Positions 49,178 to 58,983 of a DNA stretch of 64,000 nt are shown here, piece by piece (positions within the stretch are counted from its first letter, which is position 1; each line of letters opens with the position of its first letter). The stretch lies in NCBI GenBank assembly GCA_023229605.1, contig JALNYY010000005.1:485-64484 (forward strand), given 5' to 3'. The stretch is from Methylobacter sp. (lineage in GTDB: Bacteria; Pseudomonadota; Gammaproteobacteria; Methylococcales; Methylomonadaceae). The notes under the pieces are model-generated. The model ran no database searches. It was given only the letters and a program-made list of their open reading frames with translations, and was not told the origin of the DNA. The position numbers were made by a program, and so were the translations under genes.

Positions 49178-50329
49178 ATGAGAAATATTTCTTCTGGTTT
49201 TTTGCTCGTCGCAAGGTTGGTGCTGGCTTTTGGTCCCTCAAGTGCCTGGGCTCTAGGTGGAGCGGAAAGTTTAAAGATCGATCATTTTTGCAATGTAAAA
49301 AGCCCTCGCCAAACATTGATCTACATCGATGACAAGGTTCTCGTTAAAGGCGACACACAATGGGCTTTGCAGCTTATCAACAAGACTATGGCTAATTTGA
49401 TGCCCTCGGAACCGGTTACTTTAGTTAAGTTGGCAACGGAAACAGGTGCAGCTCAGGAGCGTTGGAAAGCCTGTTATCCAGATATTCCCGTAACAGAAAT
49501 GGAAAAACGTAAGCAGTCTGCTGGAATTCTTGAGAAGTTCACTACAGCTGATCCTTCCAAACAACTGAAGGAACAACAAGCTGTGTTCAAAGCACAAATG
49601 ACCGGCGCGTTAGAGAAACTTTTACTTGAAAATTCTCATGAAACTGCTGCCGATTCGCTGGCGAAAAAGCAAGTTGTTCGAGCTTTCGAAAATGATTTGG
49701 CGCGCTTTGATGCCCGCAATGGTGCAATCCGGGTTATTGTCTATAGTGACATGCTGGAAAACTCGGATTTAATCAATGGTCTCAGCGCTAAGCCGAACGA
49801 AGCCAAAGCTTTGGCAGATGCCCGCAAGCTAAATTTTCAGAATGCCGTGTTTCATGTGTTTGGTGCTGGCAAATCTGGCAATAACGCCGACGGATTGAAA
49901 GCCTTTTGGGAAGCGTTGATCGAGGGTGGCTCTGGTACTTTGGCGGACATGGGTTCGGAGCTGGTACTTAACGCCAAAGCTCCCGATGTCTTCAAAATCT
50001 ATGATGTGGAAATCGAACTGACCAAAGATGATGTTCGTCGTGGCAAGCTGCGCCTTTTCGTCGATAGCGATGGTAAATTGCAAGAAAGTGTACTGACCAT
50101 CGGCACTAAGCAGCGTTCTTTACTGGATGACGGCGAATTTCTCTGTCAGCAGGAAAATTGCACTCTGCAAGCCAAAGCCCGGCGTCCGGTAGTGGTTGCG
50201 GAAGGCAAGGAAGAATTCAAACTCACTGGTTTGCACGATAAATTGACAGGTAAGCTCCAAATTCCCGGCACTCAATTGAGTGATGGGAAAGAAGCGGTAT
50301 TTAATATGACCATCAAACTTTCCAAATAA
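49178..50329 (+). CDS. Secreted protein with a vWA-like domain and a C-terminal beta-rich domain
   Basis: AGGAG RBS; signal peptide ending SAWA; TLIYIDD and VIVYSDMLENS (vWA-like strand/Asp motifs). Confidence 0.75.
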   Translation: MRNISSGFLLVARLVLAFGPSSAWALGGAESLKIDHFCNVKSPRQTLIYIDDKVLVKGDTQWALQLINKTMANLMPSEPVTLVKLATETGAAQERWKACYPDIPVTEMEKRKQSAGILEKFTTADPSKQLKEQQAVFKAQMTGALEKLLLENSHETAADSLAKKQVVRAFENDLARFDARNGAIRVIVYSDMLENSDLINGLSAKPNEAKALADARKLNFQNAVFHVFGAGKSGNNADGLKAFWEALIEGGSGTLADMGSELVLNAKAPDVFKIYDVEIELTKDDVRRGKLRLFVDSDGKLQESVLTIGTKQRSLLDDGEFLCQQENCTLQAKARRPVVVAEGKEEFKLTGLHDKLTGKLQIPGTQLSDGKEAVFNMTIKLSK

Positions 50330-50347
50330 TAATTAGGGACTAACGAA

Positions 50348-50944
50348 ATGATGATTCAAAAAATTAGAAAATTCTGTGTGTGTATCTGTATTGCATGTCT
50401 TTCGTTAACCAGTGGTTGTGCGACCAATCCTACTCAGAGCGTTCACTCCTCATGGACAGACTGCGCAACGGGGGCTCTTTTAGGTGGGTTGTTAGGTGCT
50501 GGAATAGGGCTAGCAACGGGCGGTGGAAAGGGAGCCGCAATCGGCGGAGCTGCGGGGCTAGTTGGAGGCTGCGCTACTGGCTATATGATTTCGGAATACT
50601 TGAAACCTGAGGAAAAACGCCAATATGATGCTAATTTAAGTAAAAACATGAGCAATACTCCGGTCAACGCTGGTGGCTCAAATGTTTGGCAAAGCCCCGA
50701 TGGTTCCAAGCAAGTATTGACGTCTTTTGACAAAGCATCATCTCTTAATCAAGCAATTACTATGACGGGGCGACCTAATGCAACCTTAAACCAAAACGTT
50801 CTTTCACGTTTACCGGCCAATCCGATTTGTAGGTCAGCGTCTAGGAAGTTTTTGGTTAACGGAACACAAGCAGAAGAAAAAGGTGTCAGTTGCCGCGACG
50901 CCAATGGGGATTGGGTTGATGTGATGAGTAAAACAACCGCTTAA
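50348..50944 (+). CDS. Glycine-zipper lipoprotein (17-kDa surface antigen-like)
   Basis: Lipobox LTSGC; GALLGGLLGAGIG...GAAIGGAAGLVGG; C-terminal CR...G..CR...G.W. Confidence 0.82.
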   Translation: MMIQKIRKFCVCICIACLSLTSGCATNPTQSVHSSWTDCATGALLGGLLGAGIGLATGGGKGAAIGGAAGLVGGCATGYMISEYLKPEEKRQYDANLSKNMSNTPVNAGGSNVWQSPDGSKQVLTSFDKASSLNQAITMTGRPNATLNQNVLSRLPANPICRSASRKFLVNGTQAEEKGVSCRDANGDWVDVMSKTTA

Positions 50945-51052
50945 TGGTCATTATATGATTTAGGTTATCGATATTTCGAATCCTGAATTCGCATAGACTA
51001 TTAATCCCTCTCTCAAGAAGCTCATTTTAACTAGTTGATATAATTTGTATTT

Positions 51053-52384
51053 TTAAACGCCTTCGGGCACAGGAACCAATTGAAAACCAAATTTCTCTGC
51101 ATGTTTAGTTAGGTTTTTAATGGCCCGTTGACGATATTTTTCTTCATAATGTTCTTGTCCTTGATCCACATAGTCTTCCCCTTTGGTGAGCATCGCATAA
51201 ATCAACCGAGCCAGTTTATGGGCGCAAGCGGTGACGGCTTTGGCTTTGTCCATGCGGCCACAAAGTCTTCGGTAGTACGCTCCTAAAGCCGATTGGCTGG
51301 CGCGTAAATTTACCGCAGCCATTTTGAGTGCTTGCGCCGCACGGTTGGTGGTGCGACTCGTTGCTGCTGAGATTTTTTTACCTCCGGATATTTTTGTTCC
51401 AGGACACAATCCCAACCACGAGGCAAAATGCTTGGCATCTTTAAATCGTGATAAGTCAGCATCGATTTCTGCCAACACCTTAAACGCGGTCGTCACATCA
51501 ATGCCATCAATCCGCGTTAAATCCACACCGCACATTTGCATCAACAGCGTTCTGACATCAAAGTTCGGTGCATTTTTAGACTTGCCACCCCGCCGCTTGG
51601 GTTTCTCGGTTTTTAGGTCGTTGCGGGCAAGATCTTTGAGCATTTTTTCCAATTGTTGGTCACATTCCATGAGCTGCACAGCATAGGCATCATACAAGGC
51701 AACGGCCTGTTTAAGGGCGAATAAATGCTCTTCTCGCCAGTTGCCCTGCAAGGCTTTAGCGATTTCTTCCTCACTGGCTTTGATGTGATTATTACGGTAT
51801 TTTGCCAAGACCTGTCCATCATATTCGCCTGCCAGAATGGCACGAATAATTTTCTGCCCCGTTTCGCCCACCACATCGGAAATCACTTCCGTCAACAACA
51901 GGTTCATTAGCAGTAGGGCTTTTTGAATATGCTGAATGTGCTTGGCTTGATTGCGAAGTAACATTTCTCTTAGCCGAGCTACCGCCCGTAATGCACAGAA
52001 GTCGCCCTGCGGCCGAAATGCACCCGATAGCAGGCCAAAACTCATCAACTGTTGTAACCACTGGCAATCCAGTACGTCCGATTTGCGCCCGGAAACATTT
52101 TTCACATGCCGCGCGTTGACCAGATAAACGGTAAATCCCCTTGATTCCAGTAACTCAAACAAAGGAATCCAATACACGCCGGTGGATTCCATCGCCACCG
52201 TATCTACGCCACACGCAGTCAACCAATCTGCTAGAGCATAAAGATCTTCGGTAAAGCTTAGAAATTCACGCACGGGTTGCTCGTTTCTGTCAGGCGGCAC
52301 TGCCACGAAATGGCTGGATGAACCAATGTCGATACCCGCTGCGTTGGGATGGGTGAGTTCAAAATGATTCTTGATTTTGCTCAT
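51053..52384 (-). CDS. IS110-family DEDD recombinase/transposase
   Basis: AGIDIG (D), AMESTG (E), KSDVLDC (D,D), C-terminal WLGLCP...SGGK catalytic Ser, A.KLARLIY; GGGGGAC RBS before ATG 52384. Confidence 0.95.
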   Translation of the reverse strand: MSKIKNHFELTHPNAAGIDIGSSSHFVAVPPDRNEQPVREFLSFTEDLYALADWLTACGVDTVAMESTGVYWIPLFELLESRGFTVYLVNARHVKNVSGRKSDVLDCQWLQQLMSFGLLSGAFRPQGDFCALRAVARLREMLLRNQAKHIQHIQKALLLMNLLLTEVISDVVGETGQKIIRAILAGEYDGQVLAKYRNNHIKASEEEIAKALQGNWREEHLFALKQAVALYDAYAVQLMECDQQLEKMLKDLARNDLKTEKPKRRGGKSKNAPNFDVRTLLMQMCGVDLTRIDGIDVTTAFKVLAEIDADLSRFKDAKHFASWLGLCPGTKISGGKKISAATSRTTNRAAQALKMAAVNLRASQSALGAYYRRLCGRMDKAKAVTACAHKLARLIYAMLTKGEDYVDQGQEHYEEKYRQRAIKNLTKHAEKFGFQLVPVPEGV

Positions 52385-52404
52385 AGCGATGTCCCCCCTA
52401 TTAG

Positions 52405-52565
52405 AAAAAAGCCTACACCGCTGTGGAAACGTCTTATAAATCACTCTCTCAAACGGGATAATCAGGGAAACTGACTTCACCAATATCACCGACGTATTCC
52501 TAAACCACGCTAACATTCGGGCGCGAACGCACCATTGGCTAATCGGTTTTTAGCGGTGTAAACTA
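52405..52565 (-). ncRNA. Predicted IS110 bridge/seek-type guide RNA
   Basis: TACAAT -10 at 52578-52573; 9-bp enclosing stem TACACCGCT/AGCGGTGTA followed by a U-run; two parallel TGGTG-hairpin-CCCG-guide-GTG modules whose guides match the element junctions. Confidence 0.7.
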
Positions 52566-52806
52566 CCTTGCAATTGTATCACCGCACTTTGAGCTTCTTT
52601 AAAACACCTTCCGGCTTTAGGTGGTTACTTCGCTAACATTACGCTTGATAGCATGCAAGTGTCAGGCTTTGGTAATTTACTGATTTGCCCCCCATAGCGA
52701 TATTATTATGATGTAAAACTGTTTGGGAAGAAGAGTTTATAGGCTGAATTTAAGACACTTCTAAAAATCGGTAACTGTCAGATATGAATTAGGCTATTCA
52801 AGCTCC

Positions 52807-53286
52807 TTACTTCATTTTATTTTTAACTCGGGTTCCCGTCAGATAATCGAACCAGGGCCAAGTAACACACCAGTTCGCGTTACAGTTGCCACCGAGATGG
52901 TGGTCGTAATGCCAGCGCAAATGCCGTTTAGCCCAAGCCGGGTCAAGGTGGGCCTTGCGATGCTTGTAATAATAAAGCATTAAGGATATATACAGCGCAC
53001 CGGTAAAGAGGGGGAATAGCATAACCACCGGCACAGGCAGCAGTACAATGCCCGCCAATACAGCCAGCTCCTTGGTCTGGGCGTTCCATGTCGTTAAGTT
53101 TAAAGATTGGTAGCCGGGATCGAACATCGCGTTTTTGGCGCAAACAGCGTGATGTTCATACCAGTGATAAGCCCAGAAACTATGCCGATTTTGTCCCAGC
53201 TCGTGCAGAATATATTTATGCATCAGCCATTCACCCGCATTGGCATACAGTAAGCCTAAAATGAATTGAGCGGCTAAGCTAATCAT
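52807..53286 (-). CDS. Fatty-acid hydroxylase/sterol desaturase-like membrane protein
   Basis: His boxes HKYILH, HWYEHH, HRKAH, HYDHH and NWCVT.PW.D.L.GT. Confidence 0.75.
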   Translation of the reverse strand: MISLAAQFILGLLYANAGEWLMHKYILHELGQNRHSFWAYHWYEHHAVCAKNAMFDPGYQSLNLTTWNAQTKELAVLAGIVLLPVPVVMLFPLFTGALYISLMLYYYKHRKAHLDPAWAKRHLRWHYDHHLGGNCNANWCVTWPWFDYLTGTRVKNKMK

Positions 53287-53507
53287 GGGTAAGGGGCATA
53301 TGCGGTAATTAATCTATTGGTATTAGCGGAATATAGTACGTCTGTTATTAAAATATTGCCGATAAAGCTTTCCAGATGGAGGTGCTAGATGATGCCGAAT
53401 AGTGTGATCAAGCGGTCATCTTAGTGTCGGAGTACAAGATTTTCTTTTTTAGCGGGTGTAAAGTTGATAAAATCAGTGGGTTTTTCATTTATTGGGCGAT
53501 TATCATC

Positions 53508-53831
53508 ATGAGCGTTATAGAAAGAATCAAAGACCAGATTGAAAATAATCCGGTAGTTTTATATATGAAAGGGTCACCGGATTTTCCTCAATGTGGCTTT
53601 TCCGGACAGACGGTGCAAATATTAGAGGCCTGTCATGCCAAATATAAGCATGTTAATATTTTTGAGGACCCTGAGCTTCGCGAGGCGCTTAAAGAATACT
53701 CGAACTGGCCAACCTATCCCCAGCTTTATGTCGGCGGCGAGTTAGTCGGCGGTTGCGATATTGTTACCGATCTTTACCAGAAGGGGGAATTGGCAAAGAT
53801 GTTGGCTGCGGTTGGCGGTGTAGAAGAATAA
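53508..53831 (+). CDS. grxD: Monothiol glutaredoxin Grx4
   Basis: MKGSPDFPQCGFS, WPTYPQLY, GGCDI. Confidence 0.96.
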   Translation: MSVIERIKDQIENNPVVLYMKGSPDFPQCGFSGQTVQILEACHAKYKHVNIFEDPELREALKEYSNWPTYPQLYVGGELVGGCDIVTDLYQKGELAKMLAAVGGVEE

Positions 53832-53837
53832 TTGACT

Positions 53838-53879
53838 GCACACGGATGATGATTGAAAAGAACGGCGTCATCCGTGTGC
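53838..53879. terminator. Hairpin between convergent grxD and rnt
   Basis: GCACACGGATGA / TCATCCGTGTGC. Confidence 0.65.
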
Positions 53880-53891
53880 CGGTTTCCGCCA

Positions 53892-54515
53892 TCAACTATC
53901 GCGTGATTCCAGCTGCTTCCAGCGGTTGACTATCATGCAAAACAGTTCAGCCGTCTTTTCGGCGTCATAGAGCGCTGAATGCGCTTTTTCGTTATCCCAG
54001 TCCAATCCCGCTGCTTGAGCGATTTTCGCCAGCACGGTCTGTTGATAGACTAATCCCCCCAAAGTCGCGGTATCGAAGGTGCTGAACGGATGAAAAGGGC
54101 TGCGCTTTATTTGGGTTCTTTGAATGGCGGCATTCAAGAAGCCGATGTCGAAAGCAGGGTTATGGCCGACCAGAATTGCCCTGGTGCAGTTGTTGCGCTT
54201 GACTGCTTCTTTAATGGGTTTAAACAGCATGTGCAGCGCGTCTTTTTCATCAATAGCCATGCGGAACGGGTGGTGTGGATCGATCTTGTTAAACTTGAGG
54301 GCGGCTTCGTCCAGCTCGGCATTTTTAAACGGAATGACGTGCGTGGTATAGCGTTCGGTAATTTCCAGGTCGCCATTACCGTTAAGCTCGGTAATAACCG
54401 CCGCAATTTCCAGCAATGCATTTTTTTTGGGATTAAATCCGGCCGTTTCTATATCAATGACTACCGGGAGGAAGCCTCGGAAACGTTTGTCTAGGGGAAT
54501 TGCGGGTGTATCCAT
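53892..54515 (-). CDS. rnt: Ribonuclease T
   Basis: RFRGFLPVVIDIETAGF, PFHPFSTFDT, AHSALYD. Confidence 0.96.
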   Translation of the reverse strand: MDTPAIPLDKRFRGFLPVVIDIETAGFNPKKNALLEIAAVITELNGNGDLEITERYTTHVIPFKNAELDEAALKFNKIDPHHPFRMAIDEKDALHMLFKPIKEAVKRNNCTRAILVGHNPAFDIGFLNAAIQRTQIKRSPFHPFSTFDTATLGGLVYQQTVLAKIAQAAGLDWDNEKAHSALYDAEKTAELFCMIVNRWKQLESRDS

Positions 54516-54628
54516 TTGTGAATTATGCCAAGATGTGTCGAAATGATGAGGAATAAATACGGCGATTTATGGTATGTTACGCGAAAATCTATTCATTATA
54601 AAAATAATAGCGTTGTGGAGAAGATGTA

Positions 54629-55390
54629 ATGCAACAGAAAAAATTAATGACCCAATTTGTATGTCTTGTTTTATTGAGTGCATTGGGAGGATGCGCAACT
54701 ACTGCGAAAGATCCCCAAGATCCATTCGAAGGGTGGAATAGGGGGGTGCAGACGTTTAACGATAATCTTGATAAGTATGCGATGAAGCCGGTCGCTAAAG
54801 GTTATCGTTGGATAACGCCAACGTTTGTTGATCGCGGCATAACTAATTTTTTCAGTAATATCAATGATATTGGTGTAACCATCAATGACTTGTTACAATT
54901 CAAGATTGAACAAACCGGCATGGACGGATCGCGATTTCTCGTGAATACTGTAGCAGGTCTTGCCGGTTTTATCGATGTCGCAGAGATGGTCGATTTGCCC
55001 AGACATAATGAAGATTTTGATCAAACCATGGGCGTTTGGGGGGTGCCGACAGGCCCTTATCTGGTGCTGCCGTTTTTCGGGCCAAGTTCTCCCCGAGGCG
55101 TGGGCGGTCTGATCGGCGATGCGGCGATGAATCCGATCAGCTATCTTGATAACGGTATTATTACCGGCAGCCTGTTTGCGTTGAATGCCGTCGACCAGCG
55201 CGCAGACAATTTGAGTACTGAAAGAATTGCAACGGAAGCGGCTGTAGACCGGTATAGTTTTTTTAAGAGCGCCTATTTTCAACAGCGTGAATATTTGATT
55301 CACGATGGCAATATGCCGGAAGGATCGGAGCTGTGGGATATTGATGAGGACTTTAATAAGGATAATTTGGGGCCTGTTAAGCCTTATTAA
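54629..55390 (+). CDS. mlaA: MlaA/VacJ lipoprotein
   Basis: Lipobox LGGC, DPFEGWNR, EDFDQT, GPYLVLPFFGPS. Confidence 0.94.
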   Translation: MQQKKLMTQFVCLVLLSALGGCATTAKDPQDPFEGWNRGVQTFNDNLDKYAMKPVAKGYRWITPTFVDRGITNFFSNINDIGVTINDLLQFKIEQTGMDGSRFLVNTVAGLAGFIDVAEMVDLPRHNEDFDQTMGVWGVPTGPYLVLPFFGPSSPRGVGGLIGDAAMNPISYLDNGIITGSLFALNAVDQRADNLSTERIATEAAVDRYSFFKSAYFQQREYLIHDGNMPEGSELWDIDEDFNKDNLGPVKPY

Positions 55391-55410
55391 TCTGTATCTT
55401 TAAGAACCCG

Positions 55411-55446
55411 AAGGGTCGGTGGTTATATGTCTCCGACCCTTTTTTA
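55411..55446. terminator. Intrinsic terminator after mlaA
   Basis: AAGGGTCGG...CCGACCCTT plus T-run. Confidence 0.75.
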
Positions 55447-55461
55447 TGGACAATAGTCAGA

Positions 55462-56493
55462 TTATTGCAGTTTCCAGGACAATTCTTCATTCGCTTTGAG
55501 CGGCGTGATCGACAAACCGTTCTCTCCGTAAGCCGGCGGCACTTTCCAGGCGGTTTTTTCCAGAGTCACTGCGCCCGAATTTCTGGGCAGCCGGTAAAAA
55601 TCGGCGCCGTAAAAACTGGCGAATCCTTCCAGTTTATCCAGTGCGTCCGCCCGTTCGAATGCTTCCGCGTAGAGTTCCAGAGCCGCATATGCGCTGTAAC
55701 AGCCGGCGCAACCGCAGGCGGTTTCTTTTAATGTAGTCTGATGCGGCGCACTGTCTGTCCCCAGAAAGAATTTCGGACTGCCGCTGGTCGCGGCCTCGAC
55801 CAATGCCAGGCGATGAGACTCGCGTTTAATAATCGGCAGGCAGTAATAGTGCGGCCTGATGCCGCCTGCCAGCAGCGCATTGCGGTTAAACAGCAGATGC
55901 TGGGGGGTGATGGTTGCGGCAATATTGGCGCCGGAAGCCAATACAAACTGCACGGCCTCAGCCGTGGTCACATGCTCGACCACGATGCGCAAACCAGGGA
56001 AATTTTTAGCGATGTCGGTGAGGCAGGTATCGACAAACACCCGTTCCCGGTCGAAAATATCGCAAGCGTCATCGGTCACTTCGCCATGAATCAGCAACGG
56101 GATGTCGTGGCGTTCCATTGCCGCCAATAATGGATAAACAGCCTTGATGTCGGCAACGCCGGAATCGGAATTGGTGGTGGCGCCTGCCGGGTAAAGTTTA
56201 AAGGCATGGATATGTTCGGATTCGGCGGCTTTTTTGATTTCAGCCGTTGTCGTCGAACCGGTCAGGTAAAGCGTCATCAGCGGCGTAAAATCCAGGCCGG
56301 CTGGAACCGCTTGCAGGATTTCTTCCCGATAAGCCAAGGCCTGGGCCACCGCAGTAACAGGCGGCTTGAGGTTGGGCATGATGATGGCGCGGGCAAATTG
56401 CCGGGCGGTATGCGGCATGACGGTTTTTAAAACTGAGCCGTTTCTGACATGTAAATGCCAGTCATCCGGCTTTGTGATGGTTAATGTTTTCAT
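55462..56493 (-). CDS. pyrC: Dihydroorotase (type II)
   Basis: PDDWHLHVR, KLYPAGATTNS, HGEV, FLGTDSAPH. Confidence 0.97.
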   Translation of the reverse strand: MKTLTITKPDDWHLHVRNGSVLKTVMPHTARQFARAIIMPNLKPPVTAVAQALAYREEILQAVPAGLDFTPLMTLYLTGSTTTAEIKKAAESEHIHAFKLYPAGATTNSDSGVADIKAVYPLLAAMERHDIPLLIHGEVTDDACDIFDRERVFVDTCLTDIAKNFPGLRIVVEHVTTAEAVQFVLASGANIAATITPQHLLFNRNALLAGGIRPHYYCLPIIKRESHRLALVEAATSGSPKFFLGTDSAPHQTTLKETACGCAGCYSAYAALELYAEAFERADALDKLEGFASFYGADFYRLPRNSGAVTLEKTAWKVPPAYGENGLSITPLKANEELSWKLQ

Positions 56494-56599
56494 TATTGAA
56501 GTTAAATTCTGTAAAATAGGCGGTTATTTTATAGTAAGTGCCTTGAAAAATTAAACACAGCACTTATCGTGGTTATTATTTTTGTTATCGGAGCGGTAA

Positions 56600-56875
56600 A
56601 TGCCAATATACGAGTACCAATGTCAATCATGCGGCCATGAGCATGAAGCTTTACAAAAACTCAGCGCTGAGCCTCTAGTTGTATGTCCCGCCTGTAGCAA
56701 GCCGGAATTGATGAAAAAGATTTCTGCGGCGGGATTCAGGTTAAAAGGCAGCGGCTGGTATGAAACTGATTTTAAGAGCGGCGCCAAGAAGAATGTGGCA
56801 GGCGAGGCGAGTTGTTCCAGTTCCGCATCGTCCTCCGGCGGTTGCCCAGGCGGCGGCTGCACTAAAAGCCATTAA
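56600..56875 (+). CDS. FmdB-family zinc-ribbon protein
   Basis: MPIYEYQCQSCG...CPAC...F.LKGSGWYETDF. Confidence 0.92.
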   Translation: MPIYEYQCQSCGHEHEALQKLSAEPLVVCPACSKPELMKKISAAGFRLKGSGWYETDFKSGAKKNVAGEASCSSSASSSGGCPGGGCTKSH

Positions 56876-56885
56876 TAATCAAAGC

Positions 56886-56953
56886 AGGCGAAGGGCAAAA
56901 GGCAAAAGGCGAAAAAAGCACGTTTTTGCCTTGAGCCTTTCGCCTTTTACCTT
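56886..56953. repeat. Heptamer tandem repeats (AGGCRAA) arranged as an inverted pair
   Basis: aggcgaa-gggcaaa-aggcaaa-aggcgaa ... tttgcct-tgagcct-ttcgcct-tttacct just upstream of aspS. Confidence 0.7.
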
Positions 56954-56977
56954 AACTTCAATCAACAGGGAAAATTT

Positions 56978-58768
56978 ATGCGTACTCACAAGTGCGGAGA
57001 ATTAAACACACAACAGCTAGGTGAAACGGTTTCAATCTGCGGCTGGGTGCATAGACGCAGAGACCACGGCGGCGTTATTTTTATCGACTTGAGAGACCGC
57101 GCCGGATTGGTCCAGGTCGTAGTCGATCCCGACGTGGCTGAAACTTTCGCGACGGCAGAAAGTGTCCGCAGTGAATATGTATTACAAATTACCGGACTGG
57201 TCCGCGACCGTCCCGAAGGCACGGTTAACGTCAACATGCATTCCGGCGCGATTGAGATACTGGCTAAAAACATCGTCGTGCTGAATGAGTCCGAAACCCC
57301 GCCGTTCCCGGTCGAAAGCGAGATCGAGGTCAACGAGGAGCTGCGTTTGCGCTATCGATATATCGACCTGCGCCGCACCGAGATGCAGGAAAAGATGAAA
57401 GTGCGCCGCGATGTGACGCGGGTTTTACGGAATTTCCTCGACGACAACGAGTTTTTCGAGATTGAAACGCCTTACTTGACTAAAGCCACACCGGAAGGCG
57501 CGCGCGATTACATCGTGCCGAGCCGAACCCACGAAAATTCGTTTTTCGCGCTGCCGCAATCGCCGCAATTGTACAAACAAATACTGATGGTGGCGGGCAT
57601 GGACCGCTATTACCAAGTCGTGCGTTGTTTCCGCGATGAAGACTTGCGCGCCGACCGTCAGCCTGAGTTCACCCAGTTGGATATCGAAACTTCGTTCATG
57701 GATGAAAACGAAATCATGCACATCATGGAGGAAATGATCCGTCAGTTGTTCATCAAAGTGATCGGCGTGAATCTGGGCGACAAATTCCCGCGCATGACTC
57801 ATCAGGAAGCCATATCGCGCTACGGCATCGATCGTCCCGATTTGCGGATTCCGCTGGAATTGGTCGACATTGCCGAGGACATGAAAGACGTCGATTTCCA
57901 AGTTTTCTCGGCGCCTGCCAACGATCCGAAAGGCCGCGTCGTCGCGATGCGCGTACCGAATGGTGGCGAATTAAGCCGCAAAGACATCGATGCGTTAACC
58001 AAGTATGTCAGCATTTACGGCGCAAGAGGTTTGGCCTATATCAAGGTCAACGATCTCGCCGCCGGTATCGACGGCTTGCAATCGCCTATCGTAAAATTCG
58101 CCCCTGCCGAGGTATGGGACAGCGTATTGGCCAAAACCGGCGCGCAAAACGGCGACTTGATCTTCTTCGGTGCGGATAAAGCCGGCATCGTTAATGAAGC
58201 GATGGGCGCGTTGCGGGTCAAGTTGGGACATGATTTGAACCTGCTGCAAGGCGATTGGAAACCGGTTTGGGTCGTCGACTTCCCGATGTTCGATTGGGAT
58301 GAGAAAACCAACCGCTACAACGCGATCCATCACCCGTTCACCGCGCCAAGCTGCTCGGTCGAAGAACTGGTAGCGAATCCTGGCGCGGCATTATCGCGCG
58401 CTTACGATTTGGTGTTGAACGGCACCGAAGTCGGCGGCGGTTCGATTCGTATCAACCGCACAGCTATGCAGCAAACCGTGCTGGAAATTTTAGGCATAGG
58501 CGAAGACGAAGCCAGGGAAAAATTCGGCTTCCTACTGGATGCATTGAAATACGGCGCGCCTCCGCATGGCGGTTTGGCTTTCGGCCTTGATCGTCTGGTT
58601 ATGCTGATGACCGGATCAACGTCTATTCGCGACGTGATTGCTTTCCCCAAGACCCAATCGGCGGCTTGTCCTTTGGTCAGCGCACCGGCGGTCGTTACCG
58701 ATGAGCAGTTGAAGGAGCTGGGTATTCGCTTGATTAAGCCTGCGGGAAAAGAGAAAGTTAAGGACTGA
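56978..58768 (+). CDS. aspS: Aspartate-tRNA ligase, likely non-discriminating Asp/Asn type
   Basis: RRRDHGG (His typical of non-discriminating enzymes), [40 protein letters not shown]. Confidence 0.97.
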   Translation: MRTHKCGELNTQQLGETVSICGWVHRRRDHGGVIFIDLRDRAGLVQVVVDPDVAETFATAESVRSEYVLQITGLVRDRPEGTVNVNMHSGAIEILAKNIVVLNESETPPFPVESEIEVNEELRLRYRYIDLRRTEMQEKMKVRRDVTRVLRNFLDDNEFFEIETPYLTKATPEGARDYIVPSRTHENSFFALPQSPQLYKQILMVAGMDRYYQVVRCFRDEDLRADRQPEFTQLDIETSFMDENEIMHIMEEMIRQLFIKVIGVNLGDKFPRMTHQEAISRYGIDRPDLRIPLELVDIAEDMKDVDFQVFSAPANDPKGRVVAMRVPNGGELSRKDIDALTKYVSIYGARGLAYIKVNDLAAGIDGLQSPIVKFAPAEVWDSVLAKTGAQNGDLIFFGADKAGIVNEAMGALRVKLGHDLNLLQGDWKPVWVVDFPMFDWDEKTNRYNAIHHPFTAPSCSVEELVANPGAALSRAYDLVLNGTEVGGGSIRINRTAMQQTVLEILGIGEDEAREKFGFLLDALKYGAPPHGGLAFGLDRLVMLMTGSTSIRDVIAFPKTQSAACPLVSAPAVVTDEQLKELGIRLIKPAGKEKVKD

Positions 58769-58776
58769 AAGCCTTC

Positions 58777-58927
58777 AAGCCGGATGGGGTATGTGCCCCA
58801 TCCGAAACAAATTAGGAGTGGATTGCAAATCCAATACCGTTAGCCGTAGGAGCAGGCCATGCCCGCGATGAGAGGAGGACGATTTATAAATCTCTGTCCT
58901 AATATCGCGGGCATGGCCCGCTCCTAC
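58777..58927. repeat. REP cluster: degenerate family B unit plus an inverted GTAG-type REP doublet
   Basis: AAGCCGGATGGGG..GCCCCATCCGAAAC at 58777; GTAGGAGCAGGCCATGCCCGCGAT (58846-58869) / ATCGCGGGCATGGCCCGCTCCTAC (58904-58927). Confidence 0.8.
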
Positions 58928-58983
58928 ATCGGCATTGGTACCCCTCCAGACTAAATAATTGCGACATTCAGAGCAAAGCAGAC

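Larger units (their letters stand above)
51010..52634 (-). mobile_element. IS110-family insertion sequence (ends inferred from guide matches, core dinucleotide AG on the minus strand)
   Basis: No terminal inverted repeats seen. Minus-strand junctions AATGTT-AG-CGAAG (52640-52628) and CTTGAG-AG-AGGG (51017-51006) both match segments of the element's own upstream non-coding region. Confidence 0.8.

Noticed and set aside
52385-52516. 44-aa N-terminal extension of the IS110 transposase in the ORF track
   Set aside because: It overlaps the predicted guide RNA; the RBS and family N-terminus point to ATG 52384.
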